Origin: a virus
Lineage: Duplodnaviria > Caudoviricetes
DNA length: 24,129 bases
Virus record (IMG/VR): IMGVR_UViG_3300017649_000017
Location: 1-24,129 of that record
Direction: 5' to 3' (one strand)
Below the pieces are notes generated by a model that did no database searches, had not been told where the DNA came from, and worked only from the letters and a program-made list of their open reading frames with translations. The position numbers and the translations under genes were made by a program. Shown piece by piece: positions 14,967-23,583 of the stretch (within the stretch, counting starts at the first letter, position 1; each line of letters begins with the position of its first letter).

Positions 14967-16939
14967 TGTTGGACATGGACTACGAAGGCGCTACCGAGAT
15001 CGAGCGTGCGTGGCGCGAGGGGCTGACCCCCGACCCGCTGCTCACGGTGTCCGAATGGTCGGATCGGCATCGGATGCTGTCCTCCAAGGCGTCCGCCGAG
15101 CCGGGGCGCTGGCGCACCAGCCGCACGCCGTACCTGAAGGCGATCATGGACTGCCTGTCACCGACCTCGCCGGTCGAGCGCGTGGTGTTCATGAAGGCCG
15201 CCCAGCTCGGGGCGACCGAGATGGGCTCGAACTGGATCGGCTACGTGATCCACCACGCGCCGGGGCCGATGATGGCCGTGTGGCCGACCGTGGAGATGGC
15301 CAAGCGCAACTCCAAGCAGCGGATCGATCCGCTGATCGAGGAGTCGGCGGCCCTGGCGGAACTGATCGCACCGGCTAGGAGCCGGGACTCGGGCAACACC
15401 ATCCTGGCCAAGGAGTTCCGGGGCGGCGTGCTGGTGATGACCGGGGCCAACAGCGCAGTCGGCTTGCGCTCGATGCCGGTGCGGTATCTGTTCCTCGACG
15501 AGGTGGACGGCTACCCGCTGGACGTCGAGGGCGAAGGCGATGCGATCTCGCTGGCCGAAGCCCGCACGCGCACCTTCGCGCGCCGCAAGATCTTCATCGT
15601 CTCGACGCCGACGATCTCGGGGGCGAGCGCCATCGAGCGCGAGTATGAGTCCAGCGACCAGCGTCGCTACTTTGTGCCGTGCCCGCATTGTTCGCATCGC
15701 CAGTGGCTGCGCTTCGAGCAGTTGCGCTGGGAGAAGGGACAACCGGACACGGCAGCCTACGTCTGCGAATCCTGCGATGACCCGATTGCCGAGCATCACA
15801 AGACCTGGATGCTGGAGCACGGCGAGTGGCGCGCGATGATCACCGACGGCTCGGGCAAGACGGCGGGGTTCCACCTGTCGTCGCTGTACAGCCCGGTGGG
15901 CTGGCGCAGTTGGCGCGACATCGCCGCCGCCTGGGAGAGCGCCGTCAACAAGGAGTCGGGATCGGCGGCTGCCATCAAGACCTTCAAGAACACCGAGCTC
16001 GGCGAGACCTGGGTCGAGGAAGGCGAAGCACCCGACTGGCAGCGGCTGGTCGAGCGCCGCGAGGACTACCGCATCGGCAGCGTACCGCTGGGCGGCCTGC
16101 TGCTGGTGGGCGCGGCCGACGTACAGAAGGATCGCATCGAGGCCTCGATCTGGGCTTTCGGGCGCGGCAAGGAAGCGTGGCTCGTCGAACACCGCGTGCT
16201 GATGGGTGACACCGCCCGCGATGCGGTGTGGAAGCGTCTTGGCGAGTTGATCGGCGAGAACTGGACGCACGCCTCGGGTACGGCGATGCCGCTGGCCCGT
16301 TTTGCGCTGGACACCGGCTTTGCGACGCAGGAGGCCTACGCCTTCGTGCGTGCGTGCCGTGATCCGCGCGTGATGGCTGTCAAAGGTGTGCCGCGCGGCG
16401 CCGCCCTGATCGGTACCCCGACTGCCATCGATGTCTCGCAGGGCGGCAAGAAGCTGCGCCGGGGCATCAAGGTGTTCTCGGTGGCGGTGGGCATCGCCAA
16501 GCTGGAGCTCTACAACAACCTGCGCAAGGGCGCTGACGTCGATGAGGACGGGGTGACCACGGTCTTTCCGGCCGGGTTCGTCCATCTGCCCAAGATCGAT
16601 GCGGAGTTCATCCAGCAGCTCTGCGCCGAGCAGTTGATCACCCGCCGCGACCGCAACGGCTTCCCGGTGCGCGAGTGGCAAAAGATGCGTGAGCGCAACG
16701 AAGCGCTCGACTGCTACGTGTACGCCCGTGCCGCCGCGTCGGCGGCAGGGCTGGATCGCTTCGAGGAGCGCCACTGGCGGGAACTGGAGCGGCAGCTCGG
16801 GATGGAGCGACCACCGGATGAGCCGCCCCCGATTCAAGCATTCGACCCAGATGAGGCCACCCATAGCGGTGGCCTCGCTGCTTCTGGCGCCCGCCATTCC
16901 GGTCGGCGCGTGATCAAGAGCCGCTGGCTGACCCGATGA
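14966..16939 (+). CDS. terL: Terminase large subunit, lambda GpA family (657 aa)
   Basis: RTPYL, KAAQLGATE, YLFLDEVDGY, VSTPT, CPHC/CESC, FKNTELGETW, RNEALDCYVYA. Confidence 0.96.
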   Translation: MLDMDYEGATEIERAWREGLTPDPLLTVSEWSDRHRMLSSKASAEPGRWRTSRTPYLKAIMDCLSPTSPVERVVFMKAAQLGATEMGSNWIGYVIHHAPGPMMAVWPTVEMAKRNSKQRIDPLIEESAALAELIAPARSRDSGNTILAKEFRGGVLVMTGANSAVGLRSMPVRYLFLDEVDGYPLDVEGEGDAISLAEARTRTFARRKIFIVSTPTISGASAIEREYESSDQRRYFVPCPHCSHRQWLRFEQLRWEKGQPDTAAYVCESCDDPIAEHHKTWMLEHGEWRAMITDGSGKTAGFHLSSLYSPVGWRSWRDIAAAWESAVNKESGSAAAIKTFKNTELGETWVEEGEAPDWQRLVERREDYRIGSVPLGGLLLVGAADVQKDRIEASIWAFGRGKEAWLVEHRVLMGDTARDAVWKRLGELIGENWTHASGTAMPLARFALDTGFATQEAYAFVRACRDPRVMAVKGVPRGAALIGTPTAIDVSQGGKKLRRGIKVFSVAVGIAKLELYNNLRKGADVDEDGVTTVFPAGFVHLPKIDAEFIQQLCAEQLITRRDRNGFPVREWQKMRERNEALDCYVYARAAASAAGLDRFEERHWRELERQLGMERPPDEPPPIQAFDPDEATHSGGLAASGARHSGRRVIKSRWLTR

Positions 16940-16946
16940 GGACCCG

Positions 16947-17153
16947 ATGACCTACACCACCACACAACTCGACGCGCTCAAGCGCGCGCTGGCTACCGGC
17001 GAGCGCCGCGTGAGCTTTGGCGACAAGACGGTCGAGTACCGCTCGGTCGAGGAACTGCAGTCGGCCATCCGCACGGTCGAGGCCGAAGTCGCGCGCGGCG
17101 CGGGCACAAGTCGCAAGCGCCAAATCCGCGTCACCACGGGCAAGGGCTTCTGA
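16947..17153 (+). CDS. Head-tail joining protein (gpW-like), 68 aa
   Basis: LDALKRALATGERRVSFGDKTVEYRSVEEL; between terL and portal. Confidence 0.85.
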   Translation: MTYTTTQLDALKRALATGERRVSFGDKTVEYRSVEELQSAIRTVEAEVARGAGTSRKRQIRVTTGKGF

Positions 17154-18664
17154 TGGCCTGGTTCTCTAAGTTCCGAAGCCTGTTCGGCCAATCGCCCGTC
17201 CACGAAGCCGCTGGCCGAGGCCGTCGCTCGCTTGCCTGGATGCCCGGGAACCCGGGTGCGGTGGCCGCGATGCTAGCGACCAACAGCGAACTGCGCAGCA
17301 AGAGCCGCGACCTCGTCCGTCGCAATGCCTGGGCGCAGGCCGGCATCGAGGCCTTCGTGGCCAATGCGGTGGGTACCGGCATCAAGCCGCAGAGCCTGGC
17401 TGCCGACGAGCACTTCAAGACCGAGGTGCAGGCGCTGTGGCGTGACTGGACGGAGGAAGCCGACGCCGCTGGGCAGACCGACTTCTACGGCCTGCAGGCG
17501 CTGGCCTGCCGCGCGATGCTCGAAGGCGGCGAATGCCTGATCCGGTTGCGGCCGCGTCGCCCGGAGGATGGCCTGGTCGTGCCCCTGCAGCTTCAGTTGC
17601 TGGAGCCCGAGCACCTGCCGATCAGCCTCAACACCGATCTGCCCTCGGGCAACGTGGTGCGCTCGGGCATCGAGTTCGACGGGCTCGGGCGACGCGTGGC
17701 CTACCACCTATACCGTTCGCATCCCGAGGACGGGCGTCTGGCGCCGATGTCGGGCCAGGGCGGGATGGACACGGTGCGCATCGACTCGCGCGAAATCATC
17801 CACCTGTTCCGCGTCCTGCGCCCGGGCCAGATCCGGGGTGAACCGTGGTTGTCGCGGGCGCTGGTCAAGCTCAACGAACTCGACCAGTACGACGACGCCG
17901 AGCTGGTGCGCAAGAAGACCGCCGCGATGTTCGCCGGGTTCGTGACGCGGCAGAACCCCGAGGACAACCTGATGGGCGAAGGCGCCGCCGATAGCGAGGG
18001 CATCGCGCTCGCCGGGCTGGAGCCGGGCACGCTGCAGATTCTGGAGCCCGGTGAGGACATCAAGTTCTCCGACCCGGCGGACGTCGGCGGCTCGTACTCC
18101 GAATTCCTGCGCACCCAGTTCCGCGCAGTCGCCGCCGCCATCGGTATCACCTACGAGCAACTGACCGGCGATCTGACCGGCGTGAACTACTCGTCCATCC
18201 GCGCGGGCCTGCTGGAGTTCCGGCGTCGCTGCGAGATGGTGCAGCACGCCGTGCTCGTCCATCAGCTGTGCCGCCCGGTCTGGGCCGCGTGGATGAAGCA
18301 GGCCGTGCTCGCGGGTGCGCTCGAAGCCCCGGGTTTCGCACGTGGCGGGCCAGCGCGCCGTCGCCAGTACTTGCAGGCGAAGTGGATTCCGCAGGGCTGG
18401 CAATGGGTCGATCCGGAGAAGGAGTTCAAGGCAATGCTGCTGGCCATTCGCGCCGGCCTGATGAGCCGCTCGGAGGCCATCTCGGCCTTCGGCTACGACG
18501 CCGAGGACGTCGACCGCGAGATCGCCGCCGACAACCAGCGCGCCGACGACCTCGGCCTGATCTTCGACTCCGACCCTCGTCGCACGTCCAAGGACGGCGG
18601 CAGTGCCGAGCCGAACAAGAACGCTGCCGACGCCACACAAACCGGCAACTCGCCACCTGCCTGA
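17153..18664 (+). CDS. Phage portal protein, lambda family (503 aa)
   Basis: RSKSRDLVRRN, RPGQIRGEPWL, LTGDLTGVNYSSIRAGLLE, WQWVDPEKE. Confidence 0.96.
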   Translation: MAWFSKFRSLFGQSPVHEAAGRGRRSLAWMPGNPGAVAAMLATNSELRSKSRDLVRRNAWAQAGIEAFVANAVGTGIKPQSLAADEHFKTEVQALWRDWTEEADAAGQTDFYGLQALACRAMLEGGECLIRLRPRRPEDGLVVPLQLQLLEPEHLPISLNTDLPSGNVVRSGIEFDGLGRRVAYHLYRSHPEDGRLAPMSGQGGMDTVRIDSREIIHLFRVLRPGQIRGEPWLSRALVKLNELDQYDDAELVRKKTAAMFAGFVTRQNPEDNLMGEGAADSEGIALAGLEPGTLQILEPGEDIKFSDPADVGGSYSEFLRTQFRAVAAAIGITYEQLTGDLTGVNYSSIRAGLLEFRRRCEMVQHAVLVHQLCRPVWAAWMKQAVLAGALEAPGFARGGPARRRQYLQAKWIPQGWQWVDPEKEFKAMLLAIRAGLMSRSEAISAFGYDAEDVDREIAADNQRADDLGLIFDSDPRRTSKDGGSAEPNKNAADATQTGNSPPA

Positions 18665-18673
18665 AGGTTTCCC

Positions 18674-19909
18674 ATGACCCTGCTTCCCCATTTGGCGGCA
18701 CGCCTCTTTGGTGTGCCGCTGGCGATCCATCGCCCGAAACTTGACGTGATCCTGGCCGTGCTCGGCCCCCGGGTCGGTCTGGCAGATCTGGCCGCACCGA
18801 CCGGCTTCACGCCGCCCACGCGCACCGCGGCCACCGAGACGCCGAAGGTCGCGGTCATCCCGATCCACGGCACGCTGGTGCGGCGCACCGTGGGGCTGGA
18901 AGCCGAATCGGGCCTGACCAGCTACGCGGGGCTCACCGCCCAGCTCGACGCCGCCCTGGCCAGCCCGGATGTCGCCGCGATCCTGCTCGACATCGATTCG
19001 CCCGGTGGCGAGTCGGGCGGCGTGTTCGACCTGGCGGACCGCATCCGTGCCGCGTCCGCTGTGAAGCCCGTGTGGGCGGTGGCCAACGACATGGCCTTCT
19101 CGGCGGCCTACGCACTGGCTTCGGCCGCCAACAAGGTGTTCGTGTCGCGCACCGGCGGCGTCGGCTCGATTGGCGTCATTGCGATGCACATCGACCAGTC
19201 GGAGAAGGACGCCCAGGACGGCGTCCGCTACACGGCGGTGTTCGCCGGCGACCGCAAGAACGACCTCAACCCGCACGAGCCGATTTCGAGCGAGGCCCAC
19301 GCCTTCCTCAAGGCCGAGGTGAATCGCGTCTATGGCTTGTTCGTCGAGACGGTGGCCCGCCACCGGGGCATCGAGCCGTCCGCCGTGCGGGACACCGAAG
19401 CCGGGCTGTTCTTCGGGCAGGCCGCCGTCGCCATCGGGCTGGCCGATGCCGTCGGCACGTTCGATGACGCGCTTGCCCAGCTCTGCGAATCCATTTCCCC
19501 ACTCCCGAATCTGGCGGCAAGCCACTCGGGCTCTTTCCGCAACCTCCAGATGGAGTCTTTCATGAATGATCGAACCCACCCCGCTGCTCCTGATCGGCTT
19601 GCTGCTGATCCTGCTGGCAGTACTTCTCAACCGGCGACCGCCACCGCTTTTGACCTGGCCGACGCCGTCGAAATCGCCCAGACCTGCACCCTGGCCGGGC
19701 GAGCCGACCTGATCGCGGGCTTCCTCGAGGCGCAGGCGTCGCCCGCCAAGGTGCGCAGCCAGTTGCTGGCCGCACAGGCTGAAGCCAGTCCCGAGATCGT
19801 CAGCCGCATCGCCCCCGATGCCGCTGCCTCCACCACCGCCAGCAACCCGCTGCTCGAGGCCGCGAAGCAGCTCGCGGCCAAGTCCGCATCGCTGAAGAAG
19901 GAGATCTGA
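18674..19909 (+). CDS. S49-family capsid maturation protease (lambda gpC-like) with C-terminal scaffold region
   Basis: IPIHGTLV, LDIDSPGGE, AFSAAYALAS, GSIGV, GLADAVGTFDD. Confidence 0.93.
   Translation: MTLLPHLAARLFGVPLAIHRPKLDVILAVLGPRVGLADLAAPTGFTPPTRTAATETPKVAVIPIHGTLVRRTVGLEAESGLTSYAGLTAQLDAALASPDVAAILLDIDSPGGESGGVFDLADRIRAASAVKPVWAVANDMAFSAAYALASAANKVFVSRTGGVGSIGVIAMHIDQSEKDAQDGVRYTAVFAGDRKNDLNPHEPISSEAHAFLKAEVNRVYGLFVETVARHRGIEPSAVRDTEAGLFFGQAAVAIGLADAVGTFDDALAQLCESISPLPNLAASHSGSFRNLQMESFMNDRTHPAAPDRLAADPAGSTSQPATATAFDLADAVEIAQTCTLAGRADLIAGFLEAQASPAKVRSQLLAAQAEASPEIVSRIAPDAAASTTASNPLLEAAKQLAAKSASLKKEI
19562..19909 (+). CDS. Putative nested in-frame scaffolding protein (Nu3-like), 115 aa
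   Basis: GGAG at 19552-19555 then in-frame ATG 19562; Ala-rich helical product; same layout as lambda C/Nu3. Confidence 0.55.
   Translation: MNDRTHPAAPDRLAADPAGSTSQPATATAFDLADAVEIAQTCTLAGRADLIAGFLEAQASPAKVRSQLLAAQAEASPEIVSRIAPDAAASTTASNPLLEAAKQLAAKSASLKKEI
19566..19712 (+). CDS. Putative overprinted small membrane peptide (48 aa) in the +1 frame of the protease gene
   Basis: MIEPTPLLLIGLLLILLAVLLNRRPPPLLTWPTPSKSPRPAPWPGEPT; 15-residue hydrophobic run using mainly CTG/CTC/ATC codons; same GGAG SD 10 nt upstream. Confidence 0.45.
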   Translation: MIEPTPLLLIGLLLILLAVLLNRRPPPLLTWPTPSKSPRPAPWPGEPT

Positions 19910-19910
19910 G

Positions 19911-20291
19911 ATGCCCACTGTGTTCACCGAATCGATGAACTTGGGCGACCTGCTCAAGTACGAGGCCCCGAACCTTTACTCGCGTGACCGCGTCACGGTG
20001 GCCGCTGGCCAGACCCTGCCGCTGGGCGCGGTCGTCGGGATGGTCACCGCCACCGGCAAGGTCAAGCGGATCGACCCCTCGGCCACCGACGGCAGTCAGG
20101 TCGCCGCTGGCGTGCTGATGCAGGCAGTCGATGCCGCCTTGGCCGAGCGCAATGACGGCCTGATGGTGGCGCGTCACGCCATCGTCTCCGACCACGCACT
20201 CTCGTGGCCCACCGGCATCACCACCGCCGAGCAGCAGGCCGCCATTGCCCAGCTCAAAGCGCTGGGTGTCCTCGTTCGCCAAGGAGTCTGA
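19911..20291 (+). CDS. Head decoration protein (gpD-like), 126 aa
   Basis: LGDLLKYEAPNLYSRD, GQTLPLGAVVG, DGSQVAAGVL, QLKALGVLVR; between protease and capsid genes. Confidence 0.9.
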   Translation: MPTVFTESMNLGDLLKYEAPNLYSRDRVTVAAGQTLPLGAVVGMVTATGKVKRIDPSATDGSQVAAGVLMQAVDAALAERNDGLMVARHAIVSDHALSWPTGITTAEQQAAIAQLKALGVLVRQGV

Positions 20292-20293
20292 CC

Positions 20294-21304
20294 ATGCAGA
20301 ACATCTTCGAAAACCCCGCCTTCTCGATGTCGGCGCTGACTGCCGCCATCAACCTGCTGCCGAACAACTACGACCGCCTGGGCGCGATGGGCCTGTTCGT
20401 CGACAAGCCGCAGCGCTTCCGCTCGGTGATCGTCGAAGAGCAGAACGGCGTGCTCACGCTGTTGCCGACGATGCCCCCGGGCTCGCCCGGCACCGTAGGC
20501 GTGCGCGGCAAGCGCAAGGTGCGCTCGTTCACCATCCCCCACATCCCGCACGACGACGTGATCCTGCCCGAGGAAGTCCAGGGCATCCGCGCCTTCGGCT
20601 CGGAAACCGAACTGCAGACCGTCGCGGGGGTGATGGCGCAGCACCTGCAGACGATGCGCAACAAGCACGCGATCACGCTGGAGCATCTGCGCTTCGGGGC
20701 GTTGAAGGGCCAGATCCTCGACGCTGATGGCAGCGTCATCTACGACCTCTACAACGAGTTCGGGATCACGCCCAAGACCTTCACCTTCAACATTTCCAAT
20801 CCGGCCAACGGCTGGGATGTGAAGAAGGCCTGCCTGGATGTCGTCCGCTACGTCGAGGACAACCTGCAGGGCGAACGGATGAGCGGCCTGCATGCCTTCG
20901 TTGGCGAGGATTTCTTCGACGCGCTCACCGGCCACGATGAGGTCAAGGCCGCCTACGACCGCTGGCAGGATGGCCAGGCACTGCGCACCGATATGCGCGC
21001 GGGCTTCACCTTCGCCGGGGTCACCTTCGAGGAGCATCGCGGCCGCGCGGTTGCACCGGGCAGTGCCGTGCGCCGCTTCGTCGAGGCCGACGAGGGCCAC
21101 ATCCTGCCGCTGGGCACGATGGACACCTTCGCCACCTACTACGCGCCGGCCGACTTCAACGAGACGGCCAACACGGTGGCGCTGCCGCTGTACGCCAAGC
21201 AGGAGCCGCGCAAATTCGACCGGGGCACCGATCTGCACACGCAGGCCAATCCGCTGCCGCTGTGCCACCGCCCGGCGCTGCTGGTCAAGCTGGTGATGGC
21301 CTGA
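20294..21304 (+). CDS. Major capsid protein (lambda gpE family), 336 aa
   Basis: AAGGAG SD; FSMSALTAAIN, PHIPHDDVILPEEVQGIRAFG, TLEHLRFGALKG, QANPLPLCHRP. Confidence 0.93.
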   Translation: MQNIFENPAFSMSALTAAINLLPNNYDRLGAMGLFVDKPQRFRSVIVEEQNGVLTLLPTMPPGSPGTVGVRGKRKVRSFTIPHIPHDDVILPEEVQGIRAFGSETELQTVAGVMAQHLQTMRNKHAITLEHLRFGALKGQILDADGSVIYDLYNEFGITPKTFTFNISNPANGWDVKKACLDVVRYVEDNLQGERMSGLHAFVGEDFFDALTGHDEVKAAYDRWQDGQALRTDMRAGFTFAGVTFEEHRGRAVAPGSAVRRFVEADEGHILPLGTMDTFATYYAPADFNETANTVALPLYAKQEPRKFDRGTDLHTQANPLPLCHRPALLVKLVMA

Positions 21305-21588
21305 TGGGGCTGATCGAACGGCTCTACGAGGCCGCTGATCGTGCCGGTCTGCTGGTGATCGCCGATGTCGAGGGAAGAAGCGTTGCAGTGGATTTTTCTT
21401 CGGCCGATGAAACCGTGCTTGATGGTCTGCTTCGCGCGGCCGACTACACGATTCGCTTTCCTGCGTCCGCGCTGCCGGAACTTGCCACAGGCCACACGCT
21501 TTCCATTGCCGGCGTCACCTACCAGGTGCGCGATGTCCGCAGCATCGGCGATGGCAGCGAGCGTCGCGCCGACCTCTCCCGTCTCTGA
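21304..21588 (+). CDS. Head-tail joining/head-closure protein (FII-like), 94 aa
   Basis: TGATG coupling; C-terminal GHTLSIAGVTYQVRDVRSIGDGSERRADL beta pattern; position after capsid gene. Confidence 0.75.
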   Translation: MGLIERLYEAADRAGLLVIADVEGRSVAVDFSSADETVLDGLLRAADYTIRFPASALPELATGHTLSIAGVTYQVRDVRSIGDGSERRADLSRL

Positions 21589-21599
21589 GGACCCACAGC

Positions 21600-22025
21600 A
21601 TGAACTCCATCCGCGAGCGCATCCTGCGCGAGGTCGTGGCACGTCTGTCGGACGCCGTCGCGCCTATGCCGGTGCTGCGCCATCCGACCATACCCATCAC
21701 CCGCGAAGCCAGCCCCGCGCTGCTCGTCTTTGCCGAAAGCGACAGCATCGCCGGCCACGCGAATCACCTTGTGGATCGAGCCCTCACCCTGCGTCTCACC
21801 GTGGTGACGCGCGGCGAGGACGCGTTCGACCAGGCCGATCAGACGCTGGTGGCGGTCCACGTGGCACTGATGCGCGACGCGAGCCTCGGCGGCCTTTCGC
21901 TCCTGCTCCACGAAATCGACTGCGAATGGGACGCCGAGGACGCCGATGCCGGCGCCGTCGCAATGCCCGCCCGCTACGAGATTCGCTACCGCACCCACGC
22001 CCTGGACCTGACCAAAAACGGATGA
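21600..22025 (+). CDS. Putative tail terminator (gpU-like), 141 aa
   Basis: GAGGA SD; SIRERILREVVARL...PALLVF...YEIRYRT; lies before the tail tube. Confidence 0.7.
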   Translation: MNSIRERILREVVARLSDAVAPMPVLRHPTIPITREASPALLVFAESDSIAGHANHLVDRALTLRLTVVTRGEDAFDQADQTLVAVHVALMRDASLGGLSLLLHEIDCEWDAEDADAGAVAMPARYEIRYRTHALDLTKNG

Positions 22026-22031
22026 CTTTCC

Positions 22032-22205
22032 ATGACTCTTGAACTGCTGAAACCCCACACGCACGCCGGGGTGCTTCACTCCCCCGGCACCCACCTCAAG
22101 CTCGACGAGGCCACTGCCCGCTGGCTCATCGAGCACGGCGTCGCCCAGCCTGCGCCCCCGGAGGCCGATAGCAAACCCAACACCACTTCCCGCAAAGGAG
22201 ACTGA
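22032..22205 (+). CDS. Small phage protein (57 aa), below the ORF-track cut-off
   Basis: MTLELLKPHTHAGVLHSPGTHLKLDEATARWLIEHGVAQPAPPEADSKPNTTSRKGD; fills the gap and its end carries the AAGGAG SD of the next gene. Confidence 0.75.
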   Translation: MTLELLKPHTHAGVLHSPGTHLKLDEATARWLIEHGVAQPAPPEADSKPNTTSRKGD

Positions 22206-22207
22206 CC

Positions 22208-22960
22208 ATGCCGTACTTTTCTGGACAAGGCCGCGTCTACATCGGCGCCCGCGACACTGCCGGCAACCCGCAAGGCCTGAGTTTTGTCGGCAACGTGCCG
22301 GAGCTCAAGGTGTCGCTGTCGGTCGAAACTCTGGAGCACCAGGAGTCCACCAGCGGACAACGCCTGACGGACCTGCAGTTGATCAAGACCAAGAAAGGCG
22401 AATTCGCCTGCACGCTGGAAGAGCTGATCGCGGTGAATCTAGGCTTGGCGCTCTACGGCACGACCATCGAACAGGTTAGCGGCACGGTGACGGCCGAGGC
22501 ACTGCCCAACCCGGTCACGGCGGGAAGCCTGTACCTGCTCGCCAAGCAGAACGTCTCCTCTGTGGTGGTCAAGGACGCCTCCGGCACGCCCAAGACGCTG
22601 CCCGTCGCCCAGTACAGCCTCAATGCCAAGCACGGATCGCTGGTCATCAACGACAAGACGACGGGCGGCCCCTACGTGGAGCCGTTCAAGGTCGACTACG
22701 CCTATGGCGCGGCCCAATCGACGGCGCTGTTCACCCAGCCGCTGCCCGAACGGTGGGTGCGTTTCGAGGGCTTGAACACCGCCGACAGCAACCGCGAAGT
22801 GGTGATCGACCTGTACCGCGTGGCGATCAATCCGGCCAAGGAGCTCTCGATCATCACCGAGGAGTTGCTCAAGTTCGAGCTTTCCGGACAGGTGTTGGCC
22901 GACACGCTCAAGCCGACTGCCGGCGACCTCGGCCAGTTCGGCCGCATCGTGCTGTTGTAA
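22208..22960 (+). CDS. Major tail tube protein (250 aa)
   Basis: YFSGQGRVYIG...FVGNVPELKVSL...EHQESTSGQR...RFEGLNTAD; followed by tail chaperone. Confidence 0.82.
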   Translation: MPYFSGQGRVYIGARDTAGNPQGLSFVGNVPELKVSLSVETLEHQESTSGQRLTDLQLIKTKKGEFACTLEELIAVNLGLALYGTTIEQVSGTVTAEALPNPVTAGSLYLLAKQNVSSVVVKDASGTPKTLPVAQYSLNAKHGSLVINDKTTGGPYVEPFKVDYAYGAAQSTALFTQPLPERWVRFEGLNTADSNREVVIDLYRVAINPAKELSIITEELLKFELSGQVLADTLKPTAGDLGQFGRIVLL

Positions 22961-22969
22961 GGAGCCGTC

Positions 22970-23371
22970 ATGACCCATTCCGATCTGGATGTGCTCGTGC
23001 CGCAGGCTCGGCTAATGGAAATGGCCGGGCAGCGCCTTACCATCAGCCCGCTGGTGGTCGGCGAACTGCCGGCGATGCTCAAGGCCGTGCGGCCTTTTGC
23101 CGAGCAGCTAACTGGCGAACCGGACTGGCTCGCCTTGCTCTGTGATCACGGCGACGCTTTGCTGGCTGCGCTGGCGCTCGCCAGCCGTCAGCCGCGCGAA
23201 TGGGTGAACGCCCTGGCGCTCGACGATGCGATCACGTTGGCCGCTGCCGTGTTCGAGGTGAATGCCGATTTTTTCGTGCGCCGGGTCGCGCCGAAGGTCG
23301 GCGATCTGGCGCAGAGCATGAACGGACAAAAGAAAGGTCTGTCGGCTGGATCGACACCGTCGCCCGCCTGA
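22970..23371 (+). CDS. Tail assembly chaperone (gpG-like), 133 aa
   Basis: AAGGAG SD; follows tail tube; EVNADFF codons contain the T TTT TTC slippery site. Confidence 0.78.
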   Translation: MTHSDLDVLVPQARLMEMAGQRLTISPLVVGELPAMLKAVRPFAEQLTGEPDWLALLCDHGDALLAALALASRQPREWVNALALDDAITLAAAVFEVNADFFVRRVAPKVGDLAQSMNGQKKGLSAGSTPSPA

Positions 23372-23583
23372 TCCGCAGCGGTCACCGCTACCCGGACATC
23401 CTGGGATACACGCTGGGCCAGGTGAACGCCTTCCTGTCGGCCGACGACCGTCTCGAATACGAGCGTCTCTCCATCCAGTTGGCGGTTATGACTGCCGCCG
23501 CCCAAGGCAGCCGCGACGGCATCCGTCAGTTGCAGGCCGAACTCCATCAGGGAATGCGCGATGAAGATCGATCTGGTCGCTGA
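23269..23583 (+). CDS. gpT-like extension of the tail chaperone reached by -1 ribosomal frameshift
   Basis: Slippery heptamer 23269-23275; -1 frame open to 23583 encoding ...GWIDTVARLIRSGHRYPDILGYTLGQVNAFL...; hairpin at 23277-23313. Confidence 0.65.
   Translation, partial: FFRAPGRAEGRRSGAEHERTKERSVGWIDTVARLIRSGHRYPDILGYTLGQVNAFLSADDRLEYERLSIQLAVMTAAAQGSRDGIRQLQAELHQGMRDEDRSGR

Noticed and set aside
15190-15222. Terminase Walker A lacking GKT (KAAQLGATE) as an inactivating change
   Set aside because: Deviant P-loops with the lysine at the start of the motif are normal in the lambda GpA family
17708-19957. 749-aa minus-strand ORF (also 15158-16897, 20174-21268, 7295-8371, 6023-7186)
   Set aside because: Antisense shadows of well-supported plus-strand genes; expected with GC-rich codon bias; no motifs or SD
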